From the IMG/VR virus record IMGVR_UViG_3300042890_002798, positions 1 to 58,038 of that record: a DNA stretch of 58,038 nucleotides; one strand, given 5' to 3'. Positions 45,183 to 55,058 of the stretch are shown in pieces (the stretch's first letter is position 1; every line of letters begins with the position of its first letter). Origin of the DNA: a virus. Its lineage: Duplodnaviria > Caudoviricetes. A program made the position numbers and the translations under genes. The notes under the pieces are model-generated. The model ran no database searches. It was not told where the DNA came from and saw only the letters and a program-made list of their open reading frames with translations.

Positions 45183-47435
45183 ATGGCTATACCGTATAAC
45201 CTCCGGCAGGTTCAGCCTCCGCAGGAAGAGCTTCCTGACGAAGAAGTTGTTGATATTCAGGCTCCTGTTGGTGCGCCTGGTATTGGGGCTTTAGCCATTG
45301 ATTTGCCGGATGGTTCGGTATCCATCAATTTCGGCGGCATTCCGTTCAAGCCTCCGGGCGACTCTGAAGAGCATACGGAAAATCTCGCCAAGCACATGGA
45401 TGATACTGAGCTTAGCGGGATTGCCGATACGCTTTTGAAGCATATCCGTGATGACATTTCCCGGCAGGAGCAGCGGCTTCAGGATATTGTGAAGGGCGTT
45501 GATCTTCTTGGAATCAAGCTTGAGGAGCCTCGCTCGGAGCCCGGAGAAGACAGCATTTCCGTTGTCAGGCATCCGCTTTTGCTGGAGGCTATTCTACGAT
45601 TTCAGGCCAACGCCCGTGGCGAAATGCTGCCTGCCGATGGCCCTGTGAAGGTTTCGAATGAAGGCGACCAGTCCAAGATGATGGACGAGGATGCGCGCCA
45701 GCTTGAAAAAGACATGAACCATTATCTGACATCTGGCGCTCCGGAATATTACCCGGATTGCGACCGGATGTTTTTTAGCCTTGCCATGGGCGGAGAGGCT
45801 TACAAGAAAGTCTATTTTCATCCGATCAAGCGCCGTCCGGTCAGCGAAACGATTGACCGTAAGGATTTGATCCTGTCTGAGGGCGCTGTTAGCCTGGAAG
45901 CCAATAGCCGCATCACGCATCGTTGCCGCATGAAGCCGAGCGATGTGAAGCGAATGCAGCTTGCCGGCGTATGGCGTGATGTTCCTCTTGGAGACGCATT
46001 TCTTGCCGGATTGATGGTTAATACTGTTGACACCGCGCTAGAACAGATTTCCGGATTTCAGCCGAAAACTGTTACCGATCCTGAAGACATGGATCGAGAA
46101 ATCTATGAATGTTATTGCGAAATTGATCTCAAGGGATTCGAACATAAGGAGGACGGCGAGCTTACTGGCCTTGCGCTTCCTTATCGCGTCACTATTGATC
46201 GTGATTCTCGCCAAATACTTGAAATTAGACGTTGGTGGGAAGAAAAAGATGAGACATTTACTCGAAAAGAAGTTTTTGTCGAATATATCTTTGTTCCGGC
46301 GTTTCCCGGCGTTAACCTCGGTTTGCTGCATATTCTTGGTAACGCTGATCGCGCTCTTACAGCGGCTTGGCGAATTGCTCTTGACAATGGTATGTTGGCT
46401 AACTTTCCGGGCGGCATTATGGCTCGATCATCCGGAAAGCAGCAAACGACTACGATCAGGGTGGCTCCGGGACAAGTTGCGCCGGTAGATGTTGATGGCG
46501 TTCCTTTGAAGGATGCCTTTATGCCTATGCCTTACCGTGATGTCACGGGAGGCTTTGTCAATATCATCCAGATGATTGAGCAGGCGAGCCAGCGCCTCGG
46601 CGGAACTGCGGAAACGGCAGTTGGCGAGGGCAGGAATGATGCGCCTGTCGGAACTACGATTGCCCTGATTGAGCAGGCGACGCGGGTGATGAATGCCGTC
46701 CATAAGCGTATGCATTCCGCCCAGTGCAAGGAATTTGCTCTTCTGAAAGAGCTATTCAAAAAAGACCCTGAATCTCTTTGGCGTAGTAACAAAAATCCCG
46801 GCTTTGACAGAAATGTTATGCTGCTTCAGCGGGCTTTGGAGAACAAGGATATTGTTCCGAAGTCTGATCCCAACACTTCCAGCCAGACATTGCGCATTCA
46901 GAAGGCGATTGCTCTGAAGCAGGCATCTGCTGCGAATCCGATGCTCTATAATATGCGGGCTGTCGAAGAGCGGTTCCTGTCCATGATTGGCGTTGAGGAT
47001 GCCGCTGATCTTATGAACAATCAGCCTCCGCCTCCGATGCAGGCTGATCCGTCTCCGATGATTGAGGCTCAGGCCAAGATGATTGCGGCGCAGGCCAAGC
47101 TTCAGGATATTCAGGCCAAGACCCAGATTTCTTCCGTGGACCAGCAGACAAAGATTGCTCTTGCCAAAGCCAAGCTTAAAGAGAGCGATACGAAAGCGAT
47201 TCAGGCTCAGACGGATGCGGCCAATCATGCTGCCGACCGGGAGAGCAAGGAAAAGCTTGCCATGATTGACTTTGCTCAATCTGAGCTGGTTCATAAGGAC
47301 AAAATTAGCGAGAATCAACGTCGCGCTGACATTGATACTGCTATGAAGATTGAAAAAGCACAGGAAGAACGTCGTCGTCACGCGATGGATGAAGCTCTTT
47401 CCGCCCAGCAACTATCGCAGAGCGAGACTGAGTGA
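45183..47435 (+). CDS. Portal protein
   Basis: HPLLLEA..RFQA.A..E..P..GPVK; KKVY; PYRVTID; PVGTT.AL.E; Gln/Ala-rich barrel tail. Confidence 0.88.
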   Translation: MAIPYNLRQVQPPQEELPDEEVVDIQAPVGAPGIGALAIDLPDGSVSINFGGIPFKPPGDSEEHTENLAKHMDDTELSGIADTLLKHIRDDISRQEQRLQDIVKGVDLLGIKLEEPRSEPGEDSISVVRHPLLLEAILRFQANARGEMLPADGPVKVSNEGDQSKMMDEDARQLEKDMNHYLTSGAPEYYPDCDRMFFSLAMGGEAYKKVYFHPIKRRPVSETIDRKDLILSEGAVSLEANSRITHRCRMKPSDVKRMQLAGVWRDVPLGDAFLAGLMVNTVDTALEQISGFQPKTVTDPEDMDREIYECYCEIDLKGFEHKEDGELTGLALPYRVTIDRDSRQILEIRRWWEEKDETFTRKEVFVEYIFVPAFPGVNLGLLHILGNADRALTAAWRIALDNGMLANFPGGIMARSSGKQQTTTIRVAPGQVAPVDVDGVPLKDAFMPMPYRDVTGGFVNIIQMIEQASQRLGGTAETAVGEGRNDAPVGTTIALIEQATRVMNAVHKRMHSAQCKEFALLKELFKKDPESLWRSNKNPGFDRNVMLLQRALENKDIVPKSDPNTSSQTLRIQKAIALKQASAANPMLYNMRAVEERFLSMIGVEDAADLMNNQPPPPMQADPSPMIEAQAKMIAAQAKLQDIQAKTQISSVDQQTKIALAKAKLKESDTKAIQAQTDAANHAADRESKEKLAMIDFAQSELVHKDKISENQRRADIDTAMKIEKAQEERRRHAMDEALSAQQLSQSETE

Positions 47436-50400
47436 TGGACATTAAAGATATCCGTGACAAGCAAATCCGCGATGCTTTGATGATGGCGGCTGATCGTGCC
47501 TCCCGTGGCCGCAAGAAAGATTCGCCTAAAGAAAAACCGATGCCCAGGGATTTGGAGACTTTTTACAATCCGGAGGCAGGTTCGCGAATAAAAGACGGAA
47601 TTTTGGAGCCTGGTGACTATGGTCCTAACTATGGCGCAGATGTAAAGAATTGGCGCGAAAAGCGCGGAGCGTATGGTCGGGAAAAAGGCTACAATCCCTG
47701 GGCCGATCCGGAGAATATGTATACTCATCCGTCCGAGGAGCGCCACGACCCGAATGACCCGATTTATAACGTCAGCCCGGAGGAATATCGAAAGGGCGCT
47801 TATGGTCGCGGAGTATATGCTTTAAGGAATGGTGGTCGCGCCGGTATGGCTACAGGCGGCGATCCAACAAGTAATTACATAAGCTCGCTATATCAAAACA
47901 TTATGGGCCGAGAGGCTGATGTGGGCGGCGCTGAATATTGGAAACAGCAGCTTGAAGAGGGAAATATTACTCCTTCAGATATATTGTATAATTTTGCGCA
48001 ATCGCCTGAATTCAAAAATGTTTATCAATCTGATCCGAGCAAGGCTGTAAGCTCTCTTTATCAAGCTGCTCTAGGCAGATCTCCGGATCAGGCAGGTCTT
48101 GATTACTGGAATCAGCAAGTAAAAAGTGGTCTAGGATTAGGAGATTTGGTTTCTGGGTTTACGGGTAGCGAAGAAGGTAGGTCTTACCAAAGCTACAAGT
48201 TCCCTGGACTGTATAACATTAATGATAGTGTTGCCGATCAAGACAGAAAGTATTCGGAACGATTAGTTGCGGATTTGTATCATTCCATTTTAGGTCGTGA
48301 GCCAGATCGGGAAGGTTTTAATTTTTGGACTCGTCAAATGATTGATGGCAAACAATCATATGATGATGTTGCTAATGCTCTTTTCGATTTGCCAGAAGCA
48401 AAAGAAAATTTTGTCAATCAAACTTACAAACAATTTTTGGGTAGAGAGCCGGATGCAGAGGGTAAAAAATATTTTACTCAAGCTCTACAGTCAGGACAAG
48501 CAACGCCTGATCAAATTTATGAAATAATTCAAAATAGCGAAGAAGCTGGCGATTTCGAAATATCTAACTTTATTCAGGATCAATATAAAGGATTGACTGG
48601 GCGCGATCCATCCAGGCAAGAGCTAAACTCAGCATTAGATCAATTAAAAAGTGGAGCTGTTACATTTGATCAGTTTCACTCCAATATGTTTAATTCTCCC
48701 GAATCTCAACAATATCAGGCAAGTAATTTTGAACCGTATCAGGTAGCGAGCGCTGAAGGTTCGGTAACCGTCGCTCCCAAACAGCTTCGAACTGCTTATG
48801 AGTATAGCAAAGCTAATGATGAACTCATTCGAAGCCTTCCTATTGAGCAGCAGGTGGGCGCTCTTCTTCAACAGGAAGGTGGAATTTGGGTTGATAAAAT
48901 TTTAAATCCCAACACACCGAAAGAAATAAAAGATCAAGCTTTAAAGCAATTAGAAGGCATTGTTAATGTTGTAGCTAACCGCGCCGCAGTTGGTTTGACA
49001 GAGAATAGCGGAGGCAAGAAAAGTCCTTGGCGAGGCTGGTTTGATCGTCAGGAAAACGATCCAAAAAGCGTTACCAGTCAAATTTTGGCTCCTTCAGCTT
49101 TTTCCGCAATGAAAATTGGAGTGTCAAAATTAGCTAAAGAAGGCTACAATGCTATTGTAAATCAAGCTATTCCAAACTTTAACAAAGAAGAATATCAACC
49201 AATTATGGATATGATCAAGGGCGTTTTGTCTGGTCAACGTCCTGATATAACCCAAGGTGCAACACATTATAAAGCAAATTATGTCCATCCAGGCTGGGCA
49301 AAAAGGCTCCCTCTTCACACGGATTTAGGAGGAGCGCCTGGAGGAAAGGGACCATATCATCAATTTTATGGAGCCAAGGACAGGGCCGCTGAAGCCCAGC
49401 AGGCCAGATTTGGTGTATCCTATGGTGGCGCAGATGTTGACCCGGCCCTTGCTGGAGCTGGCGCAGGCGTAACTGGCGGTGGCAGTGGGACTGGTTATAT
49501 TCCGGGCGGCGGATCTGGATATGTTCCAGGCGGTGGCGGAATATCTGGACCCGCCGATGTTTCAGGAGCCGGCGGAGATTATACCGGCGGTCATGGCGGT
49601 GGCGGAACCGGGCATGTCGGCGTCGGCACCGGTCATGGCGGCATCCACGGTGGGACACACACAGGAACTCCGCATGTGACTGGCGGCGTTCACACTGCTG
49701 GCCACGGCACGACCTATACCGGCGGTCATGGCGGCCCGCATGTAACGGGTGGCGTTAGTTACCTTGATTCCGGTGGCTATCATCCCGGTGGCTTTCATTC
49801 CGGCGGCGATTTTGGCTCTTATGCGGGCTCGCATGGATTTGGGCATTCGACAGTCGGCCACGGCGGTCATCATGGTAGCCATGTCAGTCCATACCATGGC
49901 TGGTCGTGGGATATGTTCCACTCACAAAACCCTTACGGCATTCATCACAGCTTCAAAAACGGCGGCGCTGTTAAAGACGCTCTCCGCATAGCCAGAGCTT
50001 CAGGTGGCGGCGCATGGACTCGCAAAGAGGGCAAGAACCCTGAAGGCGGGTTGAATGAAAAGGGCCGCGCCTCTCTTCGCGCGCAGGGCCATGACATCAA
50101 GCGCCCACAGCCGGAGGGCGGTTCTCGCAGGGATAGCTTCTGCGCGAGAATGAAGGGCATGAAGGCCAAGCTCACCAGTGCTGAAACGGCCAATGATCCG
50201 GATAGCCGGATTAATAAGTCGCTTCGCAAATGGAATTGTGCGGACGGCGGTGCGATTGATGATGCTCTTATGGTGGCTCGCAAATCTGGCGGAGAAGTCT
50301 GGAACAAACCGCGCCCTAAATCTCTCGGTAAGCCCGAAAAGCTGACATCAAAAGAAAAGGCAAGCGCCAAGCGCATGGCCAAGGCTGCTGGCCGTCCTTA

Positions 50401-50488
50401 TCCTAATCTTGTTGACAATATGCGAGCCGCCAAAGCTGATGGCGGTTCTATTGATGATGCTCTCCGCATTGCGAAGAGGGCTAAATAA
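47432..50488 (+). CDS. Modular protein: DUF4214 repeats, SleB-like cell wall hydrolase, Gly/His region and small basic domains joined by GG linkers
   Basis: Five LY...LGR.PD..G..YW-type repeats; NVVANR..AFS..DIT.GATHY...P.WA..HQFY; SFCARM module; PYPNLVDNM module. Confidence 0.8.
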   Translation: MMDIKDIRDKQIRDALMMAADRASRGRKKDSPKEKPMPRDLETFYNPEAGSRIKDGILEPGDYGPNYGADVKNWREKRGAYGREKGYNPWADPENMYTHPSEERHDPNDPIYNVSPEEYRKGAYGRGVYALRNGGRAGMATGGDPTSNYISSLYQNIMGREADVGGAEYWKQQLEEGNITPSDILYNFAQSPEFKNVYQSDPSKAVSSLYQAALGRSPDQAGLDYWNQQVKSGLGLGDLVSGFTGSEEGRSYQSYKFPGLYNINDSVADQDRKYSERLVADLYHSILGREPDREGFNFWTRQMIDGKQSYDDVANALFDLPEAKENFVNQTYKQFLGREPDAEGKKYFTQALQSGQATPDQIYEIIQNSEEAGDFEISNFIQDQYKGLTGRDPSRQELNSALDQLKSGAVTFDQFHSNMFNSPESQQYQASNFEPYQVASAEGSVTVAPKQLRTAYEYSKANDELIRSLPIEQQVGALLQQEGGIWVDKILNPNTPKEIKDQALKQLEGIVNVVANRAAVGLTENSGGKKSPWRGWFDRQENDPKSVTSQILAPSAFSAMKIGVSKLAKEGYNAIVNQAIPNFNKEEYQPIMDMIKGVLSGQRPDITQGATHYKANYVHPGWAKRLPLHTDLGGAPGGKGPYHQFYGAKDRAAEAQQARFGVSYGGADVDPALAGAGAGVTGGGSGTGYIPGGGSGYVPGGGGISGPADVSGAGGDYTGGHGGGGTGHVGVGTGHGGIHGGTHTGTPHVTGGVHTAGHGTTYTGGHGGPHVTGGVSYLDSGGYHPGGFHSGGDFGSYAGSHGFGHSTVGHGGHHGSHVSPYHGWSWDMFHSQNPYGIHHSFKNGGAVKDALRIARASGGGAWTRKEGKNPEGGLNEKGRASLRAQGHDIKRPQPEGGSRRDSFCARMKGMKAKLTSAETANDPDSRINKSLRKWNCADGGAIDDALMVARKSGGEVWNKPRPKSLGKPEKLTSKEKASAKRMAKAAGRPYPNLVDNMRAAKADGGSIDDALRIAKRAK

Positions 50489-50544
50489 CCGGATATCCGA
50501 AGGCGCTCTTAGGCTATCCTTTTACTTTTTATAGGAATAAAACA

Positions 50545-51900
50545 ATGGCACATCCGTATAAATCAGAAGCGAAAGCTGGTCACAGCAAGAAGCTTGCGAG
50601 CTATGGCGCAAAGAAAGAAGCGAAGAACTGGGCTGGCGAAAAGGCGTTGAACACCGACCGTCAGGCCGGCATGGACATCATTGAAGAAGAGCCGTCCCTG
50701 TCCAAAAAGACCATGGACCGCATCATGCGCAAGGCTGGCGGTTCCGTTAAGGGCAAGGATGCTGTCAAGCGTCTGGATAAGGTTTCCCGCAAGGGCAAGC
50801 GCCTGAAGGCTGCCGATGGTCTCCCGTCCATTGAGGAGCAGCTTAAATCGGCTGAGCGTCTGAAGGAAATCCGCGCCCGCAAGATGCCGGAAGAGGGTCC
50901 GACGCGCGAGGAAGCCGAGAGCATCAATCGCAAACAGCGTTATTCCATTGAGGATCTGGCTGCTCCCGGTCGCAAGAAGGGCGGCAAGGTCTCCCACATG
51001 GAATGGGAACATTCCAAGAAAGATTTGGCCCAGGATCGCAAGCTGGCCAAAAAGCACGGCATGTCGCTTGAGAAATGGGAAAAGTCAAAGCTTGACGAAA
51101 AGCATGACAAGCAGCAGTCGACCGAAGGTCTAAAGAAGGGCGGTCGCGCCATGCGTGGCTCCGGTGGTCCGGTTGCTCCGAAGACGAAGTCCTACACTTC
51201 TGAGAACAAAGTCACCAAATCGGCCAAATCCGGCGATCGCATGGGCGCTCTTACGGAGGCCGCAAGGACGACTGATCGGGTTAAGAAGTTTGGCGGTGGT
51301 GGTCTGACTGAAGAAAAGTCCACGAGCAAGAAAGCCGGCAAGGCCACTAATCTGACGATTAACATTGGTGGTCCCGGTCAGGGTGGCGCGCAGCCGATGC
51401 CGCCGGCTCCTGCTATGCCGCCTGCTCCTCCGCCGCCTCCGCCCATGCCTCCGATGGGACCGCCGATGGGTGGAATGCCGCCTATGGGTCCGATGGGTGG
51501 TGGTATGCCTCCTATGGGCGGAATGCCTCCGATGGGTGGCGCTCCGATGATGCGTCAGTCTGGTGGCCGCGTTGGCAAACAGATTGGTGGCGGCATGATG
51601 GGCGCTTCGGCTCCGGGTTTCGCCAGCAATGTCCCGCCGATGGGCATGGGTTATGGCCAGCAGATGGATAATCAGCAGGTCAATCCGATGGATCTGATTG
51701 CTCTTGGCAATGCGCTTCGTAGCGGTGGCATGGGAATGGGAACGGGCATGGCTCCGCGCGGCTTCAAGAAGGGCGGTCGAGTCAATCCTGACGTTCCGGT
51801 CAAGCAGCCGGGTCGAACGGCTGAGGGCTACGCGAAAATGGATTATGGCTCTGTTAGCGGTAAGGGCCGCCGCCAAAAGATCCTTGCGCAGGAAGACTGA
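50545..51900 (+). CDS. Lys-rich and Pro/Met/Gly-rich protein with about 8 GG motifs
   Basis: AGGA RBS; RKAGGSV, RKKGGKV, KKGGRA, RQSGGRV, FKKGGRV. Confidence 0.8.
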   Translation: MAHPYKSEAKAGHSKKLASYGAKKEAKNWAGEKALNTDRQAGMDIIEEEPSLSKKTMDRIMRKAGGSVKGKDAVKRLDKVSRKGKRLKAADGLPSIEEQLKSAERLKEIRARKMPEEGPTREEAESINRKQRYSIEDLAAPGRKKGGKVSHMEWEHSKKDLAQDRKLAKKHGMSLEKWEKSKLDEKHDKQQSTEGLKKGGRAMRGSGGPVAPKTKSYTSENKVTKSAKSGDRMGALTEAARTTDRVKKFGGGGLTEEKSTSKKAGKATNLTINIGGPGQGGAQPMPPAPAMPPAPPPPPPMPPMGPPMGGMPPMGPMGGGMPPMGGMPPMGGAPMMRQSGGRVGKQIGGGMMGASAPGFASNVPPMGMGYGQQMDNQQVNPMDLIALGNALRSGGMGMGTGMAPRGFKKGGRVNPDVPVKQPGRTAEGYAKMDYGSVSGKGRRQKILAQED

Positions 51901-51902
51901 TC

Positions 51903-52055
51903 ATGGGCAGAAGGCCGAAGTTTGACAGGAATGAAAAGATCCTCGCAATGCGGCTTTCTGGCGTGACCTATAAAGAAATAGCCTCTGCCTTTGGGATAAC
52001 TAAAGGCAGGGCTTTTCAGATTTGCAAATATATGATGGAAAAAAGAGGAGGCTAA
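51903..52055 (+). CDS. Small HTH protein, 50 aa
   Basis: RN..I..MR..G.TYKEIA..FGITK.R..QI. Confidence 0.7.
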   Translation: MGRRPKFDRNEKILAMRLSGVTYKEIASAFGITKGRAFQICKYMMEKRGG

Positions 52056-52056
52056 A

Positions 52057-52260
52057 ACGAATCTCGATCTGCGATTTTATCGGGAGTTGGAAGACAGAAT
52101 TTCCAGTGAATTAGAAAAGCTCGCTGCTGAATTAATCGCTGGAAAGGCAGTTGATTGGCCTGATTATAAAATGAGGGTTGGTCGGCTGAAGGGTATGCAA
52201 GAAGCTCTTGCATTCGCAAAAGAAGTCCAAAAAGAAGTTTTGGGCGTTGAAAGGAAGTAA
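52057..52260 (+). CDS. Small helical head-module protein, apparent ACG start
   Basis: GAGGAGG RBS 5 nt before ACG; G.A.D...Y...VG...G pattern; in-frame stop at 52033. Confidence 0.6.
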   Translation, partial: TNLDLRFYRELEDRISSELEKLAAELIAGKAVDWPDYKMRVGRLKGMQEALAFAKEVQKEVLGVERK

Positions 52261-52263
52261 GCC

Positions 52264-52680
52264 ATGCCGGCTTTACAGATGTTGCATGATCGCGATCCAA
52301 AAGAAGCTCTTTTGGAGAAGGTAGGCGATCTTTCTGGTATTGAGATATTTGGATCAGACGTTCTGGTTGCCATATATCGCAGGCCAGAAAAAACAAAATC
52401 GGGTATTATTCTTGCGGATTCCACCAGATCAGAGGATCGGTGGCAATCAAAATGCTTTTTGGTCCTTAAATTAGGTCCGACAGCCTATCTGGATGATGAG
52501 GGAAATCGTTTCAGGGACATTAAAGAGGGCGATTGGGTCGTAGCGCGCTGCTCGGACGGCTGGGAAGTCACTCTGAATACCCTGAAAACAGGAATTTCCA
52601 AGGAAGACACGGTTTCTTGCCGGATTTTCTCCGATCACGCAATCCGCGCCCGTGTCGCTGACCCTGATTCCATCTACTGA
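52264..52680 (+). CDS. groES: GroES-like co-chaperonin
   Basis: VLV.....EKTKSGIIL....; VLKLGP.AY; KEGDWV. Confidence 0.88.
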   Translation: MPALQMLHDRDPKEALLEKVGDLSGIEIFGSDVLVAIYRRPEKTKSGIILADSTRSEDRWQSKCFLVLKLGPTAYLDDEGNRFRDIKEGDWVVARCSDGWEVTLNTLKTGISKEDTVSCRIFSDHAIRARVADPDSIY

Positions 52681-52690
52681 GGGCTGAAAA

Positions 52691-53638
52691 ATGGAAGATA
52701 TTGAAGAAAATTTGGGTGAAACCGTCAAATTGGACGAAGATCCCTCTGTTGTTGTTGAGATTGAAGAGCCAAAATCCGAAAAAAAGGCTAAAAACGAGCC
52801 TGATGAGCGTGAAGTTGCTCTTAATGAGATGCGCGCTCAGTATGAAGAGCAGAAAAAGCGCCTTGAGATTGAGCGTAGAGCCCGTGAACAGGCTGAACAA
52901 TATGCCTACCAGCAGGCAAAGCAGGCTCACAGCGCCCGCGCAGAGGCAGAAGACAGCAATCTCCGCACTATTTTGAACGCCATCGCTGCCGACGAGCAGG
53001 TTGCGACAAATGCAGAGCGTGTTTACGCGGATGCTGTGGCTACAGGCGATACCGCACTGGCTGCCAAGGCTCAGCGTGAGATGGCCAGAGTTGAGGCTCG
53101 ATTGCTTCAGCTCGAAAATGGCAAGCGAGCGCTTGAGGAAAGGCTACAGACCGCCGAGGGCAGGGTATCTGAGCCCGAAATGCCCAGGTTTGCGCCTCAA
53201 CAGCCGGCTGATCCTGTTGAGATGTATGCTTCCCGGCTAACGCCCAAAAGCGCAGCCTGGCTAAGATCGCATCCTGAAGCGGCCAATTCAATTAATAAGC
53301 TCACGGCGGCGCATACTGCTGCGGTAGAGCTTGAAGGAATTGAAGCAGAGTCTCCGGAATACTTTGCTTACATTGAGAGCAAGCTTGGTTATTCCGGTGG
53401 CGGGAGAGACAGCAAGAGCGAACCCAGAAGGTCTAAATCCAATATAAGTTCAGCGCCGGTTTCTTCGTCAAGCTCCATGATGGCTCCGCGTTCCAGCGGA
53501 TCATCTGGTTCTATTACGCTGAGCCCTGCTGAAGTTGAAATGGCCATGCTGGCTGAGCCTGATTTGCCGCGTGAGAAAGCTCTGGAAGCTTATGCCCGGA
53601 ACAAACAGGCGCTTCTCCGCGAAGGCAAACTTAATTAA
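52691..53638 (+). CDS. Scaffolding protein
   Basis: Acidic N-terminus, coiled coil, SAPVS, TLS..E..MA......YA.NK C-terminus. Confidence 0.7.
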   Translation: MEDIEENLGETVKLDEDPSVVVEIEEPKSEKKAKNEPDEREVALNEMRAQYEEQKKRLEIERRAREQAEQYAYQQAKQAHSARAEAEDSNLRTILNAIAADEQVATNAERVYADAVATGDTALAAKAQREMARVEARLLQLENGKRALEERLQTAEGRVSEPEMPRFAPQQPADPVEMYASRLTPKSAAWLRSHPEAANSINKLTAAHTAAVELEGIEAESPEYFAYIESKLGYSGGGRDSKSEPRRSKSNISSAPVSSSSSMMAPRSSGSSGSITLSPAEVEMAMLAEPDLPREKALEAYARNKQALLREGKLN

Positions 53639-53649
53639 GGATTTGGACA

Positions 53650-54201
53650 ATGACTGGTTTTGAAAACATCGACATCCCGGATATCCGTTCCTCTGAAGCC
53701 CGTGCTGCATCTCGCGAACCGAAGGCGAGGCCGAAACTGGACTCTACTTCGTCTTCTCTTGCGCGTGCGGAAGCCCGTTTGCGGGAAATCCGTGAAAGCC
53801 TGCCGGAGGGCGGTGCGCTTCGAGACAAATTCTGGGCTCCCCAAGCTCCGGCAGGATGGACTTATGAATGGAAAGTCCGGACGGTTATGAATGAAGAGCA
53901 ATCATCGTATATCGTTGAATTGGCTCGAAATGGCTGGGAAGCTGTCCCGTTGAGCCGCCATCCTGACATGATGCCGGCAGGTTGGAAGGGCGATACGATT
54001 GAGGTTGAGGGTCTGGTTCTTATGGAGCGCCCGTCTGTTCTGACAGAAGAAGACCGCGCTGCTGAGGTACGGGCTGCCCGTGAAGCTGTAGCCACAAAAG
54101 AGGCACAACTTCGGGATGGCAGGGCTAGCGATCTGGGCAAGCGCGAGGTTCAGCGCTTCTCGAAAAGCCGCTCTCCGATTAATATTCCGGGTGACGAATA
54201 A
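53650..54201 (+). CDS. Head-module protein
   Basis: P.GW.YEW....GWE.V....GLVLMERP. Confidence 0.65.
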   Translation: MTGFENIDIPDIRSSEARAASREPKARPKLDSTSSSLARAEARLREIRESLPEGGALRDKFWAPQAPAGWTYEWKVRTVMNEEQSSYIVELARNGWEAVPLSRHPDMMPAGWKGDTIEVEGLVLMERPSVLTEEDRAAEVRAAREAVATKEAQLRDGRASDLGKREVQRFSKSRSPINIPGDE

Positions 54202-54208
54202 GCAATTG

Positions 54209-54237
54209 TTGACTTGAAAGTCAATAAAGGCTAAATA
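54209..54237 (+). promoter_or_regulatory. Capsid operon promoter with a palindrome
   Basis: TTGACT-17-TAAATA; TTGACT-TGAA-AGTCAA inverted repeat. Confidence 0.6.
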
Positions 54238-54406
54238 TTCGCAGACTACGGAATTCTGTCTAGTAATAGACAAAAGAATTAGGTGGGGACCGCAGGGTTG
54301 GTCCCTCCTTTTATAAAGTCGATCCGCGCCGGATTGGCATTCATCTTCTCCGCTAAAATCTCCCACGCGCTGTTGGCGATTAGGCACTCTCTGAATTCAG
54401 GAGGGT

Positions 54407-55045
54407 GTGTTGACAAACACCTTTGCTCCCTTCGGATTCCGTCCAGTTTCGACCAGCAATGGCCCGATCAACTGGCGTGTTTCCACTCGTCGCGTCGCGG
54501 CGGGAAATTCTACGCCCATCTATAAGGGCGACGTTGTCATGCCGGTAGTTGGCACGCCGACGGGTTATATTACGCTTGGCGTTCCTGGCACGATTGCCGC
54601 GACGGTTCCTGCCGCCGGCATCTTCTGGGGCTGCCAGTATCTTTCGACGACGCAGAAGCGGACGGTCTGGTCTCAGTATTGGCCCGGTTCTGACGCGACT
54701 GGCGACGTTATTGCGTTTGTGATTGACGATCCGAATGCTCGCTTTGTCGTTCAGACGAGCGGTTCTTCGTTCCAGATCACTGGCACTAACTCCGCCTTCA
54801 CGTCGTCTCCGGTTGGCCAGTATGCCACGTTCAACGCGGGCGCTGGTTCGGCCACCACGCAGCAGTCTGGCCAGTATCTTGATACGGTCGGAAGCACGGC
54901 TGCCTATCCGTTCATTATCACGGACATGGTCATTGACCCGCCGGGAGCTAATGGCACGGATGCGACGAGCAACTACAACTATGTGGTTGTCGGCTTCAAC
55001 AACGAGTGGCTGCGCAGCAATGCGGGCGTCACTGGCATCAGCTAA
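54407..55045 (+). CDS. Capsid decoration/minor capsid protein
   Basis: N..APFGFRP; G+F.GC.Y; V.DDP..F; immediately upstream of the major capsid gene. Confidence 0.7.
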   Translation: MLTNTFAPFGFRPVSTSNGPINWRVSTRRVAAGNSTPIYKGDVVMPVVGTPTGYITLGVPGTIAATVPAAGIFWGCQYLSTTQKRTVWSQYWPGSDATGDVIAFVIDDPNARFVVQTSGSSFQITGTNSAFTSSPVGQYATFNAGAGSATTQQSGQYLDTVGSTAAYPFIITDMVIDPPGANGTDATSNYNYVVVGFNNEWLRSNAGVTGIS

Positions 55046-55058
55046 GGAGTAGAGACCA

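Noticed and set aside
51390-51550. CRISPR-like or DNA tandem repeat
   Set aside because: Degenerate coding repeats of PPMGG with no repeat-spacer structure
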